Shown: positions 48,999 to 59,556, counted from the stretch's first letter. The stretch: DNA of 64,000 nt from Bdellovibrionales bacterium (GCA_947372355.1 CANBTI010000003.1:1438-65437); one strand, 5' to 3'. Notes: generated from the letters alone by a model not told the origin. Numbers and translations: made by a program.

Positions 48999-50114
48999 AT
49001 GCGATTTAAATTTTTATTTTTAGCATTATTATTTCATGGTACTTTTGCTTACTCGTTTCCAGAAATGATCCGACATAGTTACGCTAATTGTACTTCATGC
49101 CATGTAAGTCCAAATGGTGGTGGTGTTTTGAATGAGTATGGAAGACAAAGTTCCCAAGCAGCATTGAGCACATGGGGGACTGAAGATGAAGCTAAACCTT
49201 TTTATAATTTATTTCAGCAACCATATTTAGTGGATACAGCTGCATTTGCGCGTGTTGTTCAAACAGCTAAAAATAATACGAAGGTGAGTAGTGGGTATTT
49301 TTGGTGGATGCAGGGTGAGTTAGAGGCCGCGGTAAAATTAGGCAAAGATTCAAAATGGACTTTAGATTTAGATGTGGGATTAAACCCAGGAGTTCTTAAT
49401 AGTTTAGAAATTCCTGGTGATTCCCCTGTTTTAGCCAGAAGATTTTTTGCAATCTATCGTCCTACTGAAGAGACATCAGTAAGAGTTGGCAAATTCATCG
49501 CTGATTATGGAGTGTATTTTGCAGAGCATACGATCTCAACCCGTCAGGGTTTAGGGTTCGACCAAGGTGAAGAAACTTATAATCTTGAATATGGATATCA
49601 AGGTGAAAACTATTCTGGCTCCGTTACATTAAATCTAGGCAGACCAGATCATCCTAATGAACTTAATGAAAAGGGCGGAATGGCAACTGTTGCCATGTAT
49701 CTGTCTGATCAGTATAAAATAGGATGGAGTGCATATTATGGAACACAAAACGGAATCAGTAGGGAATTAACCGGACCATATGCACTGTTGGGATTTACTA
49801 CGAAATTTTATTTGATGGCTGAATTGGATTTACAGTTAAAACAAAATTCAACAGGAGTAAACTCGCAAGGATTTTACTCCTATGAGCGACTCGGATATGA
49901 GCTAATTCAAGGTCTTCACCTTTATGTAATGGAACAATCTCAAATTCCAACATTTGCATCATCTGCTAGTAGTCGGATGTATGGTTTTGGTCCTGGATTG
50001 TATTGGTTTCCAAGACCGCATTTTTATATTCAACTCGAAGTTCAAGAGCAAATAAGCAAGGAGTTTCCATCTAATCAAACTTCGGGTTTTTTAACTGGAA
50101 ATATTTATTTATGA
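48999..50114 (+). CDS. secreted CxxCH-containing protein with a predicted beta-barrel-like C-terminal region
   Basis: Signal peptide MRFKFLFLALLFHGTFAYS. 'ANCTSCHVSPNGGG' CxxCH 15 aa after the signal peptide cleavage site. Aromatic-rich alternating strands through the C-terminus. Confidence 0.4.
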   Translation: MRFKFLFLALLFHGTFAYSFPEMIRHSYANCTSCHVSPNGGGVLNEYGRQSSQAALSTWGTEDEAKPFYNLFQQPYLVDTAAFARVVQTAKNNTKVSSGYFWWMQGELEAAVKLGKDSKWTLDLDVGLNPGVLNSLEIPGDSPVLARRFFAIYRPTEETSVRVGKFIADYGVYFAEHTISTRQGLGFDQGEETYNLEYGYQGENYSGSVTLNLGRPDHPNELNEKGGMATVAMYLSDQYKIGWSAYYGTQNGISRELTGPYALLGFTTKFYLMAELDLQLKQNSTGVNSQGFYSYERLGYELIQGLHLYVMEQSQIPTFASSASSRMYGFGPGLYWFPRPHFYIQLEVQEQISKEFPSNQTSGFLTGNIYL

Positions 50115-50833
50115 TTTTTTTTATTTTCTTTCTTTCTTTTTCTGCTCTAGCGAATCCCATATCTGAAAAACTCAATCACATTTCAACCGATAAAGTTGCT
50201 AGCGTTTTGACAAAACAAGATGCAGAGATGTTATGTCTTTCTACGGCGGAAAATCCATTTTTGATTGGAATGATTCACCAAGTACCAATTCACGCCAGCA
50301 TTGAAAAAGTGATTTCAGTATTTGAGGATTTTGAAAACTATTCAAAAATTTTTAAAGATTTAAAGCAAGTAAAAATTGTGGAGCGGAGTAGTGCAAATGA
50401 TTTAACTGTTCAATTTGAAAGCATTATTCCTATTCCTTTTGTTCCGAACTCCGTTTACGAAGTTCACTATAAGGGGCAAAAGTTTGAAAAGCCTACTGAT
50501 TACAAAAGATATGATTTCAAATTGAAAAGCGGTAAAGACTTTAAAAGTTTAGACGGATTAGTTTTTATAAAAAAAATCAGCGATTCAGAAACCCTTTATC
50601 AAGAGATTGATTTTATTGAAGTAGATTTGGGAATTGCCAAAAGTTTTGCTAAAAAAAGTATTTGGATCGATTCAGTTACCGGAACATTTGAAAGTGATTA
50701 TGGATTGAAGTTCAAATCTGAAAATCCAAAAATGGAATCAAAAGAAATTATCAAACAATCTAGATTTAGTGTTGAATCAGCTGCAATTCAATCTTGTTTA
50801 GATCACAAAAAAGATGCACATATTTTATTTTAA
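50111..50833 (+). CDS. hypothetical secreted protein (240 aa)
   Basis: Signal peptide MIFFIFFLSFSALA. No recognisable motif. May be a lipid-binding SRPBCC-like fold. Confidence 0.35.
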   Translation: MIFFIFFLSFSALANPISEKLNHISTDKVASVLTKQDAEMLCLSTAENPFLIGMIHQVPIHASIEKVISVFEDFENYSKIFKDLKQVKIVERSSANDLTVQFESIIPIPFVPNSVYEVHYKGQKFEKPTDYKRYDFKLKSGKDFKSLDGLVFIKKISDSETLYQEIDFIEVDLGIAKSFAKKSIWIDSVTGTFESDYGLKFKSENPKMESKEIIKQSRFSVESAAIQSCLDHKKDAHILF

Positions 50834-52233
50834 TTTTCTTCTACTTCGATCCCAAAAGAATTCATTCTGCGATGTAAGTAACTTCTCTCAATTCCCAAAG
50901 TTTGTGCCGTTTTGGTAATGTTCCAATCATGATCTTTTAAGGCTTGAACAATGTACTCCCGTTCAAAATCTGCTTTCGCATCCTTCAGTGATTGGCCAGT
51001 GGTGAGGGCTACTGCCCCTTTAGGTGCTGCAGAAAAGGAAGCTGTCGAGATCGGTACGCCTTCATTCAAATGTGGCTTAAGATCATCGGCTTGAATTTCT
51101 TTATTCTCTTCTCCTGGAGCTTGAAGAATCACTAATCTTTCAATTAGATTTTTTAATTCCCGTATATTTCCTGGCCAAGGATAAGACTCAAGTAGCTCTA
51201 GGGATTCTCTATTAATTTTTCTTTCTTTTTTCTGATGAAGTGAGGCAAATTCTTTTAAGAAATATTGTGCGAGTAGTGAAATGTCTTCTTTTCTTTCACG
51301 TAGGGCTGGCAAATGAATCCGAACCACATTTAAGCGGAAATATAAATCTTCTCGGAATGTACTTTTTGAAATTTCTTGTTTTAATTCTTTATTGGTTGCC
51401 GCAATGATTCGAACATCTACCGAGTGAGTTTCATTGCCGCCCACGCGTTCAAATTTTTGTTCCTGCAAAATGCGAAGAATTTTTGCTTGGGTTTTTAACG
51501 ACATATCCCCAATTTCATCTAAAAAGATAGTTCCGTTATCTGCTAAATCAAATCGTCCTTTACGAAGTTGGGTTGCCCCAGTGAAAGATCCCTTTTCATG
51601 ACCGAAGAGTTCACTTTCAATGAGTTCTTCAGGAATAGCGGCACAGTTAACTTCGATAAAAGGTTTTTTAAAGCGAGTGGAAAGAGCATGAATCGTTTGA
51701 GCTACCACTTCTTTACCAGTTCCATTTTCGCCAGTGATGAGTACCGATCCTGATGTGGGAGCAACTCGTTTGATGAGTTCTTTTACATCGTTCATGGCAG
51801 AAGATTCACCAATGAGTGGTTTTCTTGTTGAGATTTGTTTTCGAAGTGCCTGGTTTTCTTGGATGAGATCTCTGGCTGATAATGCATTTCGCACTAAGAC
51901 CAAAATTCGATCGAGTTCTACTGGTTTTTCAACGAAGTCAAAAGCACCTAGTTTTGTCGCCTTCACGGCGGTTTCAATAGTGCCGTGTCCAGACATCATG
52001 ATGATTGGAGTTTCAAAACCTTGTTGTTTAATTTCGTTTAAGGCAGTGAGTCCGTCAACATCGGGCATCCAAATATCCATGAGTACAACATCTGGATGGT
52101 TTTTTCTAATGAGCTCAAGCCCCTGAGCGGCGTTTGGCGCGCTCATCACTTGGTAGCCTTCATCACTCAATGCTCCTGAAAGAGATTGGCGAATGGATGC
52201 TTCATCATCGATAATGAGAATAGTGCGCCTCAT
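50830..52233 (-). CDS. sigma54-dependent response regulator (NtrC/NtrX family)
   Basis: Receiver Asp (LMDIWMPDVDG). AAA+ sigma54-activator motifs GENGTGKE and GAFTGA-like 'GSFTGA'. C-terminal Fis-type HTH. Confidence 0.85.
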   Translation of the reverse strand: MRRTILIIDDEASIRQSLSGALSDEGYQVMSAPNAAQGLELIRKNHPDVVLMDIWMPDVDGLTALNEIKQQGFETPIIMMSGHGTIETAVKATKLGAFDFVEKPVELDRILVLVRNALSARDLIQENQALRKQISTRKPLIGESSAMNDVKELIKRVAPTSGSVLITGENGTGKEVVAQTIHALSTRFKKPFIEVNCAAIPEELIESELFGHEKGSFTGATQLRKGRFDLADNGTIFLDEIGDMSLKTQAKILRILQEQKFERVGGNETHSVDVRIIAATNKELKQEISKSTFREDLYFRLNVVRIHLPALRERKEDISLLAQYFLKEFASLHQKKERKINRESLELLESYPWPGNIRELKNLIERLVILQAPGEENKEIQADDLKPHLNEGVPISTASFSAAPKGAVALTTGQSLKDAKADFEREYIVQALKDHDWNITKTAQTLGIERSYLHRRMNSFGIEVEEN

Positions 52234-54440
52234 GAAACTAGCTTAACCCGTTTGGTTGGGAGTTCAATGTTAAAGGTACTGCCACCTCCAGGATTGGAAG
52301 TAACTCTGATATATCCGCCATGATCATTAATAATACGCTTTACGATGGCTAATCCAAGACCAGTTCCTTCTTTTTTTGTGGAGAAATAAGGTTCAAACAT
52401 GCGTTCTTGGGTTTCAGAGGTCATTCCTGGTCCGTTGTCATGAATGGTAATGGCAGCCATTTCTAATTTTTCATTGTAATGAGTTTCAATTTCAATTCGT
52501 CCCGGCCCAGTTCTATCGATCGATTTGATTGCCGCAATTGCATTTTCAATCAAGTTGAGAAGTACTCGTTTAATTTGATCCTTATCAAGATTAATCAAAG
52601 GGAGTCTGGTTTCAAGCTTGGTGATGAAATGAATTTCAGGATGCGCCGAAAGATAAAGTGGCATCGTTTCTTGAATAATATCGTTTAATTGGAAAGGGTG
52701 TGGGGAAATTTCGGGAAGACGGGCAAAGTTTGAAAATTCATTCACCATGTCTTTTAGTTCATCGGTGTGTTGAATGATCACGCTTGTGCATTCTTGAACT
52801 AGTTGGCCATCTTTTCCTTGAAGATCTTTTAAGCGACGTTGAATTCTTTGTGCAGAAAGTTTGATCGGGGTGAGTGGATTTTTAATTTCGTGTGCAATTC
52901 TTTTAGCCACCTCACGCCAAGCCACTTCACGTTGGCCTTTCACGATCATCGTTAAATCCTCAAGAACAGCAACCGCTCCCCATACTTTTCCATTTTCTTT
53001 AAGAGGAGTAGCGATCGCAGTGAGGTTTTTCATTTCACCTTTCACACGCGCAGACCAAGACTGCTCTCGTTCCGCTTGTGGAAGATCATTGAGACCAGCC
53101 TTTAAAACATAGAGCAAAGCTTGATGTTGATCAGATGAAAAAATGGCCTGCATCGGACGATCAAAATAATCTGCATTGGGTAGATCGAGTAAAGCGCGAG
53201 CTGAATTATTGAGGGTGAGAATACTCCCATTTTGATCCACTAACATTACGCCGGTTGCAATATTGGAAAGAATCGCTTCCAACTGTTGAGTTCGCTGACG
53301 TAATTTTGATTGATTTTCCCGTAAATCAGCAGTCATTTTATTAAAACTATCAATTAAAATTGCAATTTCATCATTACCCACTTTTTCAATGATGATGTCT
53401 AACCGCCCTCGTCCTACTTCTCGGGCAGCTTTCACTAAACTTTCTACCGGTACGGTTAATTCACGAGCCAGATACAACCCGAGCCAGATCTCTGCAAAAA
53501 TAATCATGAGAGTGATCAAAATTAAAATACTGAAATAAGTTGTTTTGATCGGATAGCGGAGTGGGTTGATATCTTTGTAGTCGGCTGCGGTGTGGGCAAT
53601 TTGTCCGGCTTTTGCAGTGAGGTTAACTGGAATTAATGTATCTACAACTACAAGGGCCCGAACTTTTCCAGAGGTATAATCAACAACTGGAACAGCGGAG
53701 CGAACTAAATCCGCATGACCCATGTTTTGGATGTATGAAAAATGTGCGCCTCTAAACCCTTGTTGCAATCGATCTTGGGTTAATCGTGCATATACATTTG
53801 GGTTATTAATTCTGGATTCTGGATCCATCACCACGGTTGGTGTTGAAAGTGGATCAAAATAAACTTCAACTGCATTGAGAGCGTAAAGTGCACGGAGTGG
53901 TTCAAGTTTGAAATTCTTAAATTTATTTTTTGAAGGAGTTTGTTTTGCAATCAAATCTGCAAAGTGGGTAGAAATGTTCTCTGCATTTTTGTAATAAAGG
54001 CTAGAAATCTCTAGTGAGGATTGAAGTGTGTTTTGGATTTTCAGTGAAAACCATTTATCGAAACTTTGATTAATATAAAGAGAAGAGATTAGAAATAAGG
54101 TCAGAGTTGGAATAATGGAAAAGCCGATGAAGGCTGTTACGAGTTTGGTTTTTAAACGGGAGCCTAATAGTCGACTGCGGCGCTCGAAAAAGATCTTTCC
54201 CACATTTTTGAAAATGAGCCAGAGCAGGGCCACTAAGATAATGATGTTAAAATTGATGAGACCGAAGAAAAAGATCGAGTTGACGAAGGGCAAGGTAGCA
54301 GAAATTTTAGAAAGTCGGAACTCCACGCCAGTAAGGAGCGCAAAAACAAGGGCAAGACCAACGATCAGAACCCGTTCACGCTTTCTTTTTTTACTTTCCA
54401 GTTTTTTCTCACTGGCTTTTTCACCGAGTTTTGCAGCCAT
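52230..54440 (-). CDS. sensor histidine kinase, NtrY-like (4 TM, HAMP, PAS, HisKA, HATPase_c)
   Basis: 736 aa. H-box 'EVAKRIAHEIKNPLTPI'. N-box/G-boxes 'IHDNGPGM', 'GTGLGLAIVKRI'. 4-bp overlap with the regulator gene. Confidence 0.8.
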   Translation of the reverse strand: MAAKLGEKASEKKLESKKRKRERVLIVGLALVFALLTGVEFRLSKISATLPFVNSIFFFGLINFNIIILVALLWLIFKNVGKIFFERRSRLLGSRLKTKLVTAFIGFSIIPTLTLFLISSLYINQSFDKWFSLKIQNTLQSSLEISSLYYKNAENISTHFADLIAKQTPSKNKFKNFKLEPLRALYALNAVEVYFDPLSTPTVVMDPESRINNPNVYARLTQDRLQQGFRGAHFSYIQNMGHADLVRSAVPVVDYTSGKVRALVVVDTLIPVNLTAKAGQIAHTAADYKDINPLRYPIKTTYFSILILITLMIIFAEIWLGLYLARELTVPVESLVKAAREVGRGRLDIIIEKVGNDEIAILIDSFNKMTADLRENQSKLRQRTQQLEAILSNIATGVMLVDQNGSILTLNNSARALLDLPNADYFDRPMQAIFSSDQHQALLYVLKAGLNDLPQAEREQSWSARVKGEMKNLTAIATPLKENGKVWGAVAVLEDLTMIVKGQREVAWREVAKRIAHEIKNPLTPIKLSAQRIQRRLKDLQGKDGQLVQECTSVIIQHTDELKDMVNEFSNFARLPEISPHPFQLNDIIQETMPLYLSAHPEIHFITKLETRLPLINLDKDQIKRVLLNLIENAIAAIKSIDRTGPGRIEIETHYNEKLEMAAITIHDNGPGMTSETQERMFEPYFSTKKEGTGLGLAIVKRIINDHGGYIRVTSNPGGGSTFNIELPTKRVKLVS

Positions 54441-54501
54441 TGCTCTCTAGTCTTTTCCTGCGTTTTTTTACTTTCGTGGCACAGATTATCATACTATTGT
54501 A

Positions 54502-55980
54502 TTGAGCATGGCAGAAAAAATCACCCCAAGAGTAGAAGACTTTCCACAATGGTATCAAGACGTAGTTTTGCAGGCAAAACTCGCGGATTATAGCCCTGTA
54601 AAGGGCTGTATGGTGATTCGTCCGAATGGGTACTCCATTTGGGAGCGAATTCAGCAGGAAATGAATGCCAGAATTAAAGACGCAGGTGTTCGAAATGCCT
54701 ATTTTCCGATGTTTATTCCTGAAAGTTTTCTAAAAAAAGAGGCCGAGCACGTTGAGGGGTTTGCTCCCGAAGTTGCTGTAGTGACTTACGCTGGCGGTAA
54801 AGATTTAGAAGAAAGATTAGTGGTTCGCCCGACATCGGAAACCATTATTAATTCTATGTTTGCCAAATGGGTTCAAAGTTATCGCGATCTTCCGTTGCTG
54901 ATCAATCAATGGGCGAATGTGGTGAGATGGGAAATGCGCACACGCTTGTTTTTGCGGACTACTGAATTTTTGTGGCAAGAAGGGCATACCTGCCATTCTA
55001 CTTTAGAAGAAGCGGAGAGCTTTACGCTTCAGATGTTAAAGATGTACCGCGAGTTTGCTGAAAATGTTTTGGCGATGTCGGTTGTTGCTGGTAGAAAATC
55101 AGAAGCTGAAAAATTTGCTGGAGCGCTTCGAACTTATACAATTGAAGCAATGATGCAAGATGGGAAAGCGCTTCAAGCAGGAACATCTCATAATCTTTCT
55201 GATAATTTTGCTAAAGCTTTCGACACCCAATTTTTAGATAAAGATAATAAGAAAAAGCATGTGTTTCAAACGAGCTGGGGGGTTTCTACTCGTTTGATTG
55301 GTGGAATGATCATGACCCACTCTGATGATAAGGGTTTAGTGCTTCCACCGATGCTAGCAGATACACACATTGTGATTGTACCCGTTGTTCCTAAAGCAGC
55401 GATGGGACCTGCTGTTTATGAAGCGGCAGATAAGTTAGCTGCTGCAATTAAAGAGGCAGTCAGTGTGAAAGGTCTTCCATACCGTGTTGGAATTCATGTG
55501 GATAAGGATGAGCAAAAACAATCGGGTTGGAAATTTCATGAGTATGAATTGATTGGAATTCCAGTTCGTATTGAACTCGGACCACGCGATCTTGAAAAAC
55601 AACAAGCCGTATTCACTCGCCGTGATAAAAGCGTAAAAGAATTTATTCCACTTGCTGATTTACCTGAAAAAATCGGAAATGAATTAGCATCGATGCAAAA
55701 AGAGTTACTCGAAAAAGCGAGATCTCATCGTGATGCAAATACTTACGAAGTGGATGATTACGATACCTTTAAGAAAATGCTCGAAGAAAAAGGCGGCTTT
55801 TATAAAGTTTCTTGGAGTAAAGATCGTGAAGCAGAAGAATCAATCAAGGCAGATTGCAAGGCTACACTTCGTTGTTATGTGCTAGATGAAAACTTCGAAA
55901 TGATCAATTCAAACAAGCCTTGTTTTAAAACAGGAAAAAAAGATGGCAATGTAATCGCTATCTTTGCGCGAGCTTATTAA
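54502..55980 (+). CDS. proS: proline--tRNA ligase, archaeal/eukaryote-like class II type
   Basis: '[16 protein letters not shown]' N-terminus and class II motifs. 492 aa with no bacterial-type INS editing domain. Confidence 0.9.
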   Translation: MSMAEKITPRVEDFPQWYQDVVLQAKLADYSPVKGCMVIRPNGYSIWERIQQEMNARIKDAGVRNAYFPMFIPESFLKKEAEHVEGFAPEVAVVTYAGGKDLEERLVVRPTSETIINSMFAKWVQSYRDLPLLINQWANVVRWEMRTRLFLRTTEFLWQEGHTCHSTLEEAESFTLQMLKMYREFAENVLAMSVVAGRKSEAEKFAGALRTYTIEAMMQDGKALQAGTSHNLSDNFAKAFDTQFLDKDNKKKHVFQTSWGVSTRLIGGMIMTHSDDKGLVLPPMLADTHIVIVPVVPKAAMGPAVYEAADKLAAAIKEAVSVKGLPYRVGIHVDKDEQKQSGWKFHEYELIGIPVRIELGPRDLEKQQAVFTRRDKSVKEFIPLADLPEKIGNELASMQKELLEKARSHRDANTYEVDDYDTFKKMLEEKGGFYKVSWSKDREAEESIKADCKATLRCYVLDENFEMINSNKPCFKTGKKDGNVIAIFARAY

Positions 55981-56697
55981 ATGATTCGTAAGCCAACTGA
56001 GTTAGTAGTAGCTCTAGATTTTGATAACACGGAAGAAGCAGAAAAGATCATTTCAGCTTTAGAAGGGTTGCCTATTATTTATAAAGTTGGCTTAGAGCTA
56101 TTTACTTCGACTGGTGCGGATTGGATTAAAAAGCTTACCTCTGCAGGGCAAAGAGTTTTTCTAGATTTAAAGCTTCACGATATTCCAAATACCGTGAGTA
56201 AAACAATCCTTCAAATTAACAAACTGGGTGTGGAATTCACCTCTGTTCATTTAATTGGTGGGCATAAAATGTTAGATTTAATTCATAAGTGTTTACCTCA
56301 AGATTCAAAATTAAAGATTCTGGGAATTAGTGTTCTGACCTCATTTAAAGAAGAAGATTGGATCTCCAATACTTCACTCGTGGCAAAATTAGGTTCAACC
56401 CGTTCGATTCATGATTCTGTATTGCACTTTTCAACCGTAGCGAATGATCATCCTGTAGTGAGTGGAATGGTTTGCTCTCCTCATGAAGTGGAAGAAATTA
56501 AAAAGAAGTATCCTGAAATTTATTTAATGGTTCCCGGTATCAGACCCACCGATTTTAACAAAGATGATCAAGAAAGAGTGATGACCTCTCAGGAGGCATC
56601 TAGAGTGGGAGCTTCAGCTATTGTAGTCGGTCGTCCTATTACACAATCTGAAAAACCACGTTTAGTAGCAGAACAAATTTTAAAAGATCTAACGTAA
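55981..56697 (+). CDS. pyrF: orotidine 5'-phosphate decarboxylase
   Basis: 'VVALDFDNTEEA', 'FLDLKLHDIPNTV', 'IVVGRPIT'. Confidence 0.85.
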   Translation: MIRKPTELVVALDFDNTEEAEKIISALEGLPIIYKVGLELFTSTGADWIKKLTSAGQRVFLDLKLHDIPNTVSKTILQINKLGVEFTSVHLIGGHKMLDLIHKCLPQDSKLKILGISVLTSFKEEDWISNTSLVAKLGSTRSIHDSVLHFSTVANDHPVVSGMVCSPHEVEEIKKKYPEIYLMVPGIRPTDFNKDDQERVMTSQEASRVGASAIVVGRPITQSEKPRLVAEQILKDLT

Positions 56698-56707
56698 GGA
56701 ATTAAAA

Positions 56708-57466
56708 ATGGCAGAAACAGAAGTATTCGTAAAAAATCCACACAGTATCTTAGAAGCGTTAAAACGCCGTCCAAGAGAAGTGCTTCAAATAAGTTTACCT
56801 CGCGATAATGTTGATGGCGTGTGGGAAGATATCATCGAGCTTGCCGACAGAAATAAAGTTAGAATTCAAGAAACTGCAGCTGTGGATCGTTCTGGCGGAC
56901 GTCGGGATAAAAATAATTTTAAAAGTTCCATCGGCGGTAGAGAGAGTTCTCATGGAGCCTTAATGCGCCCCAAAGCTTCTACTTCGATCGAGTCGATGTT
57001 TGGAAGTGTGAATGAGTCGTCTCGTGGAGTTTGGCTTGCGCTTGATTCCCTTCAAGATCCTCAAAATTTAGGAGCAATTTTTCGTTCTGCATCTTTTTTT
57101 GGAGTGAAAGGAATTTTGATGACCACCGAGCGCTCTGCTCCGATGAGCTCTGTCGCTTATGATATTTCATGTGGTGGAGTAGAAGCAGTTCCTTTTGTAC
57201 AAGTGATCAATCTTCAACGAGCTTTTGAAAAAGCAAAAGATGTAGGACTTTGGATTTTGGGAACTAGTGAGCATGCCAAAGATTCCTTGAAGAAAATGGA
57301 TCTAGATCGCCCGTGGTTGTTAGTTGTTGGAAATGAAGAAAAGGGAATCCGTCGTTTAACTGAAGAATCTTGCGATATGATGTGCACTATTCCGGGTGTT
57401 GGCTCTGGAGTTACATCTTTGAATGTTTCAGTGGCAACGGGAGTGTTGCTTTCGCATTTGTGCTGA
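56708..57466 (+). CDS. TrmH/SpoU-family RNA 2'-O-methyltransferase (RlmB-like)
   Basis: 'LALDSLQDPQNLGAIFRSA' SPOUT motif 1. 'LVVGNEEKGIR'. 'NVSVATGVLL'. Confidence 0.75.
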   Translation: MAETEVFVKNPHSILEALKRRPREVLQISLPRDNVDGVWEDIIELADRNKVRIQETAAVDRSGGRRDKNNFKSSIGGRESSHGALMRPKASTSIESMFGSVNESSRGVWLALDSLQDPQNLGAIFRSASFFGVKGILMTTERSAPMSSVAYDISCGGVEAVPFVQVINLQRAFEKAKDVGLWILGTSEHAKDSLKKMDLDRPWLLVVGNEEKGIRRLTEESCDMMCTIPGVGSGVTSLNVSVATGVLLSHLC

Positions 57467-57621
57467 AATTGTCATTAGTCCTATATTGCCACTGAAATTT
57501 AAGTGGCATTTAGGCTCTAGTAACCCACTGTTTTTATAAAACTTTAATAATATCAACTAATTGAGTTTAACTCACTTTGGCATATAGGTTGCTCTATAGC
57601 TGGCAACAACAAGGAGTTTTT

Positions 57622-58683
57622 ATGAAAATTTTTAGAATTTTATTCACAGTACTATCAATCAGTTTCACCCCATCTGCAAATGCAGCACAAGTTTCACAAG
57701 TTGAGTTATCGGCATCTGCTGCATCTCAAAGTATTCAAATGATGGATCAAAGATTTGATCCGATCTATGAAGATCAGCCATACCAAGCCACTTGTCACAG
57801 AGAAGTTTATGATCATACTGAAACGAGTTGTCATACTACTAGTGATCGAGTTTGCCATGGTGGCGGAGAAGTTTGTTCTACTTCTAGCGATCAAGTTTGT
57901 AATAGTCATGGTTGCACCACGATTCCTCGCAGATCTTGCCATCAATCCAGTGAAAGTTGCACGAGCGTTCCACGTAGAGAGTGTAGTGATCATTCGGTAT
58001 ATAGAACCGAAAGTTACTCATGCACTAAAATCCATGCAGTTCAAGTGGGTCAACGTTTAGTAAAAACTTTCCAACATAATGTTGAAGTTTCAGTTGATCG
58101 CCCAGAATTACTCCAAGGCCAAAGATTAGTGATTGCTGTACAAGCAAATGAAAATCAAGTGAGCCCAGCTTTAGTGAGTTCATTTTCTCTCAATATGCTG
58201 ACTGCTGAAGTAATTAAAGTATCGGATGTGGATTCAGCTACTCAAGAATCAATCACAAGCAAAATCTTAGTTCATGTGGATGTATCTACTGCAGCTATTG
58301 GAAAAATTCTTTCCTCAACTGTTCAAGATCTTGCATTAAGTTCTGCAGGTATCAGAATGAAATTGCCTGGTATTGCTGAGCTTTCTAAAGATTTAACGAT
58401 TGCAGTAAATCTCACTCAACGCCGCACTCTTTTTGGTAGTAAAACACTATTCGATGATTCAATCGATTCAGCAAGTTTATCATTAGTGGCTCAAGGCGAA
58501 GATCTCATGGTGGTGATCCCTCTAGATAAAATGCAAATCGATCAATTGAAATCAAAACGTCATAGCCTTTCAATATCTGTTTCATTAAAACGTCCAGCAT
58601 TGAGAGTGTTAAACAACAACGATCTCTCTGTTGTTTTGGATAAAAAATTAGAAGGTGCACTTTCAGATGTGGTTCCTAACTAA
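57622..58683 (+). CDS. secreted Cys-rich protein of unknown function
   Basis: Signal peptide MKIFRILFTVLSISFTPSANA. N-terminal ~110 aa contain 15 Cys in CH/SC-rich spacing (TCHREVY...SCHTTSDRVCHGGGEVCSTSSDQVCNSHGCTT...). Confidence 0.4.
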   Translation: MKIFRILFTVLSISFTPSANAAQVSQVELSASAASQSIQMMDQRFDPIYEDQPYQATCHREVYDHTETSCHTTSDRVCHGGGEVCSTSSDQVCNSHGCTTIPRRSCHQSSESCTSVPRRECSDHSVYRTESYSCTKIHAVQVGQRLVKTFQHNVEVSVDRPELLQGQRLVIAVQANENQVSPALVSSFSLNMLTAEVIKVSDVDSATQESITSKILVHVDVSTAAIGKILSSTVQDLALSSAGIRMKLPGIAELSKDLTIAVNLTQRRTLFGSKTLFDDSIDSASLSLVAQGEDLMVVIPLDKMQIDQLKSKRHSLSISVSLKRPALRVLNNNDLSVVLDKKLEGALSDVVPN

Positions 58684-58716
58684 TAGTTAGGAAGAATACA
58701 TTCTAAAAAATTGAAG

Positions 58717-58751
58717 GGTATTCCAGTAATCTTACTGGGATACCTTTTTTA
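58717..58751. terminator. bidirectional intrinsic terminator between convergent genes
   Basis: GGTATTCCAGTA-atct-TACTGGGATACC hairpin (12 bp, one G-U pair) flanked by A-run and T-run. Confidence 0.5.
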
Positions 58752-58752
58752 T

Positions 58753-59547
58753 TTAGATTGGTAGATTAAAGCATTTCTTTGCGTTTTCACTCGTGATGCG
58801 GGCAAGATCATCAAAGGGAAGTCCCATCACTTCAGCAAGTTTTAAGGCAGTGTGTTTAACCATTGCTGGCTCACACTTTCTTCCGCGCATCGGAACAGGA
58901 GCCAAAAACGGAGCATCGGTTTCCACTAATAATCGATCGATGGGAAAGCCTTTCACCATTTGGCGAAGATCTTCGGTAGTTTTAAAAGTAAAAATTCCTG
59001 AAAGCGAGATGTAAAACCCAAGATCCAAACAAGCGCGCGCAAATTTTTCAGTACCTGAAAAACAGTGGATTACCCCCGGGGAATATCCACCCCTTAAATC
59101 TCTGGCATAATCTACCAGCATATCTAAAAGATCGTCTTCTCCATCACGGGAATGAATTACGACTGGTTTTTTAGCTTCTAGAGCGATTTCAAGTTGGGAA
59201 GCGCATTCAAGCTTTTGTTTTTCACGATCAGAATGTTCATAAAAATAATCTAATCCGATTTCACCTACGGCCACACATTTTGGATGATTTAAATATGTCT
59301 TCATCAAGGCCAAAATTTCTGGAGTTACGAGCGATGCTTCATGGGGATGAATTCCAATTGTATGAAAAACGCTTGGAAAACTTTCAGAGATTTTTTGAAC
59401 CGCTTCAAAGTTTGTATGATCTGTTGCAATGGTAATTTGATACTTCACATTGTTCATCAAACAAGCTTCTACGAGTTGAGTAGCGGTTCTTCCGTTGTCG
59501 TATTCGTAGTTGAGATGGCAATGCGTATCGATTAAAAAACTTTCCAT
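58753..59547 (-). CDS. tatD: TatD-family metal-dependent hydrolase/DNase
   Basis: 'LIDTHCHLN' N-terminus and conserved His/Glu/Asp positions. 264 aa. Confidence 0.85.
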   Translation of the reverse strand: MESFLIDTHCHLNYEYDNGRTATQLVEACLMNNVKYQITIATDHTNFEAVQKISESFPSVFHTIGIHPHEASLVTPEILALMKTYLNHPKCVAVGEIGLDYFYEHSDREKQKLECASQLEIALEAKKPVVIHSRDGEDDLLDMLVDYARDLRGGYSPGVIHCFSGTEKFARACLDLGFYISLSGIFTFKTTEDLRQMVKGFPIDRLLVETDAPFLAPVPMRGRKCEPAMVKHTALKLAEVMGLPFDDLARITSENAKKCFNLPI

Positions 59548-59556
59548 AATGGTAAA

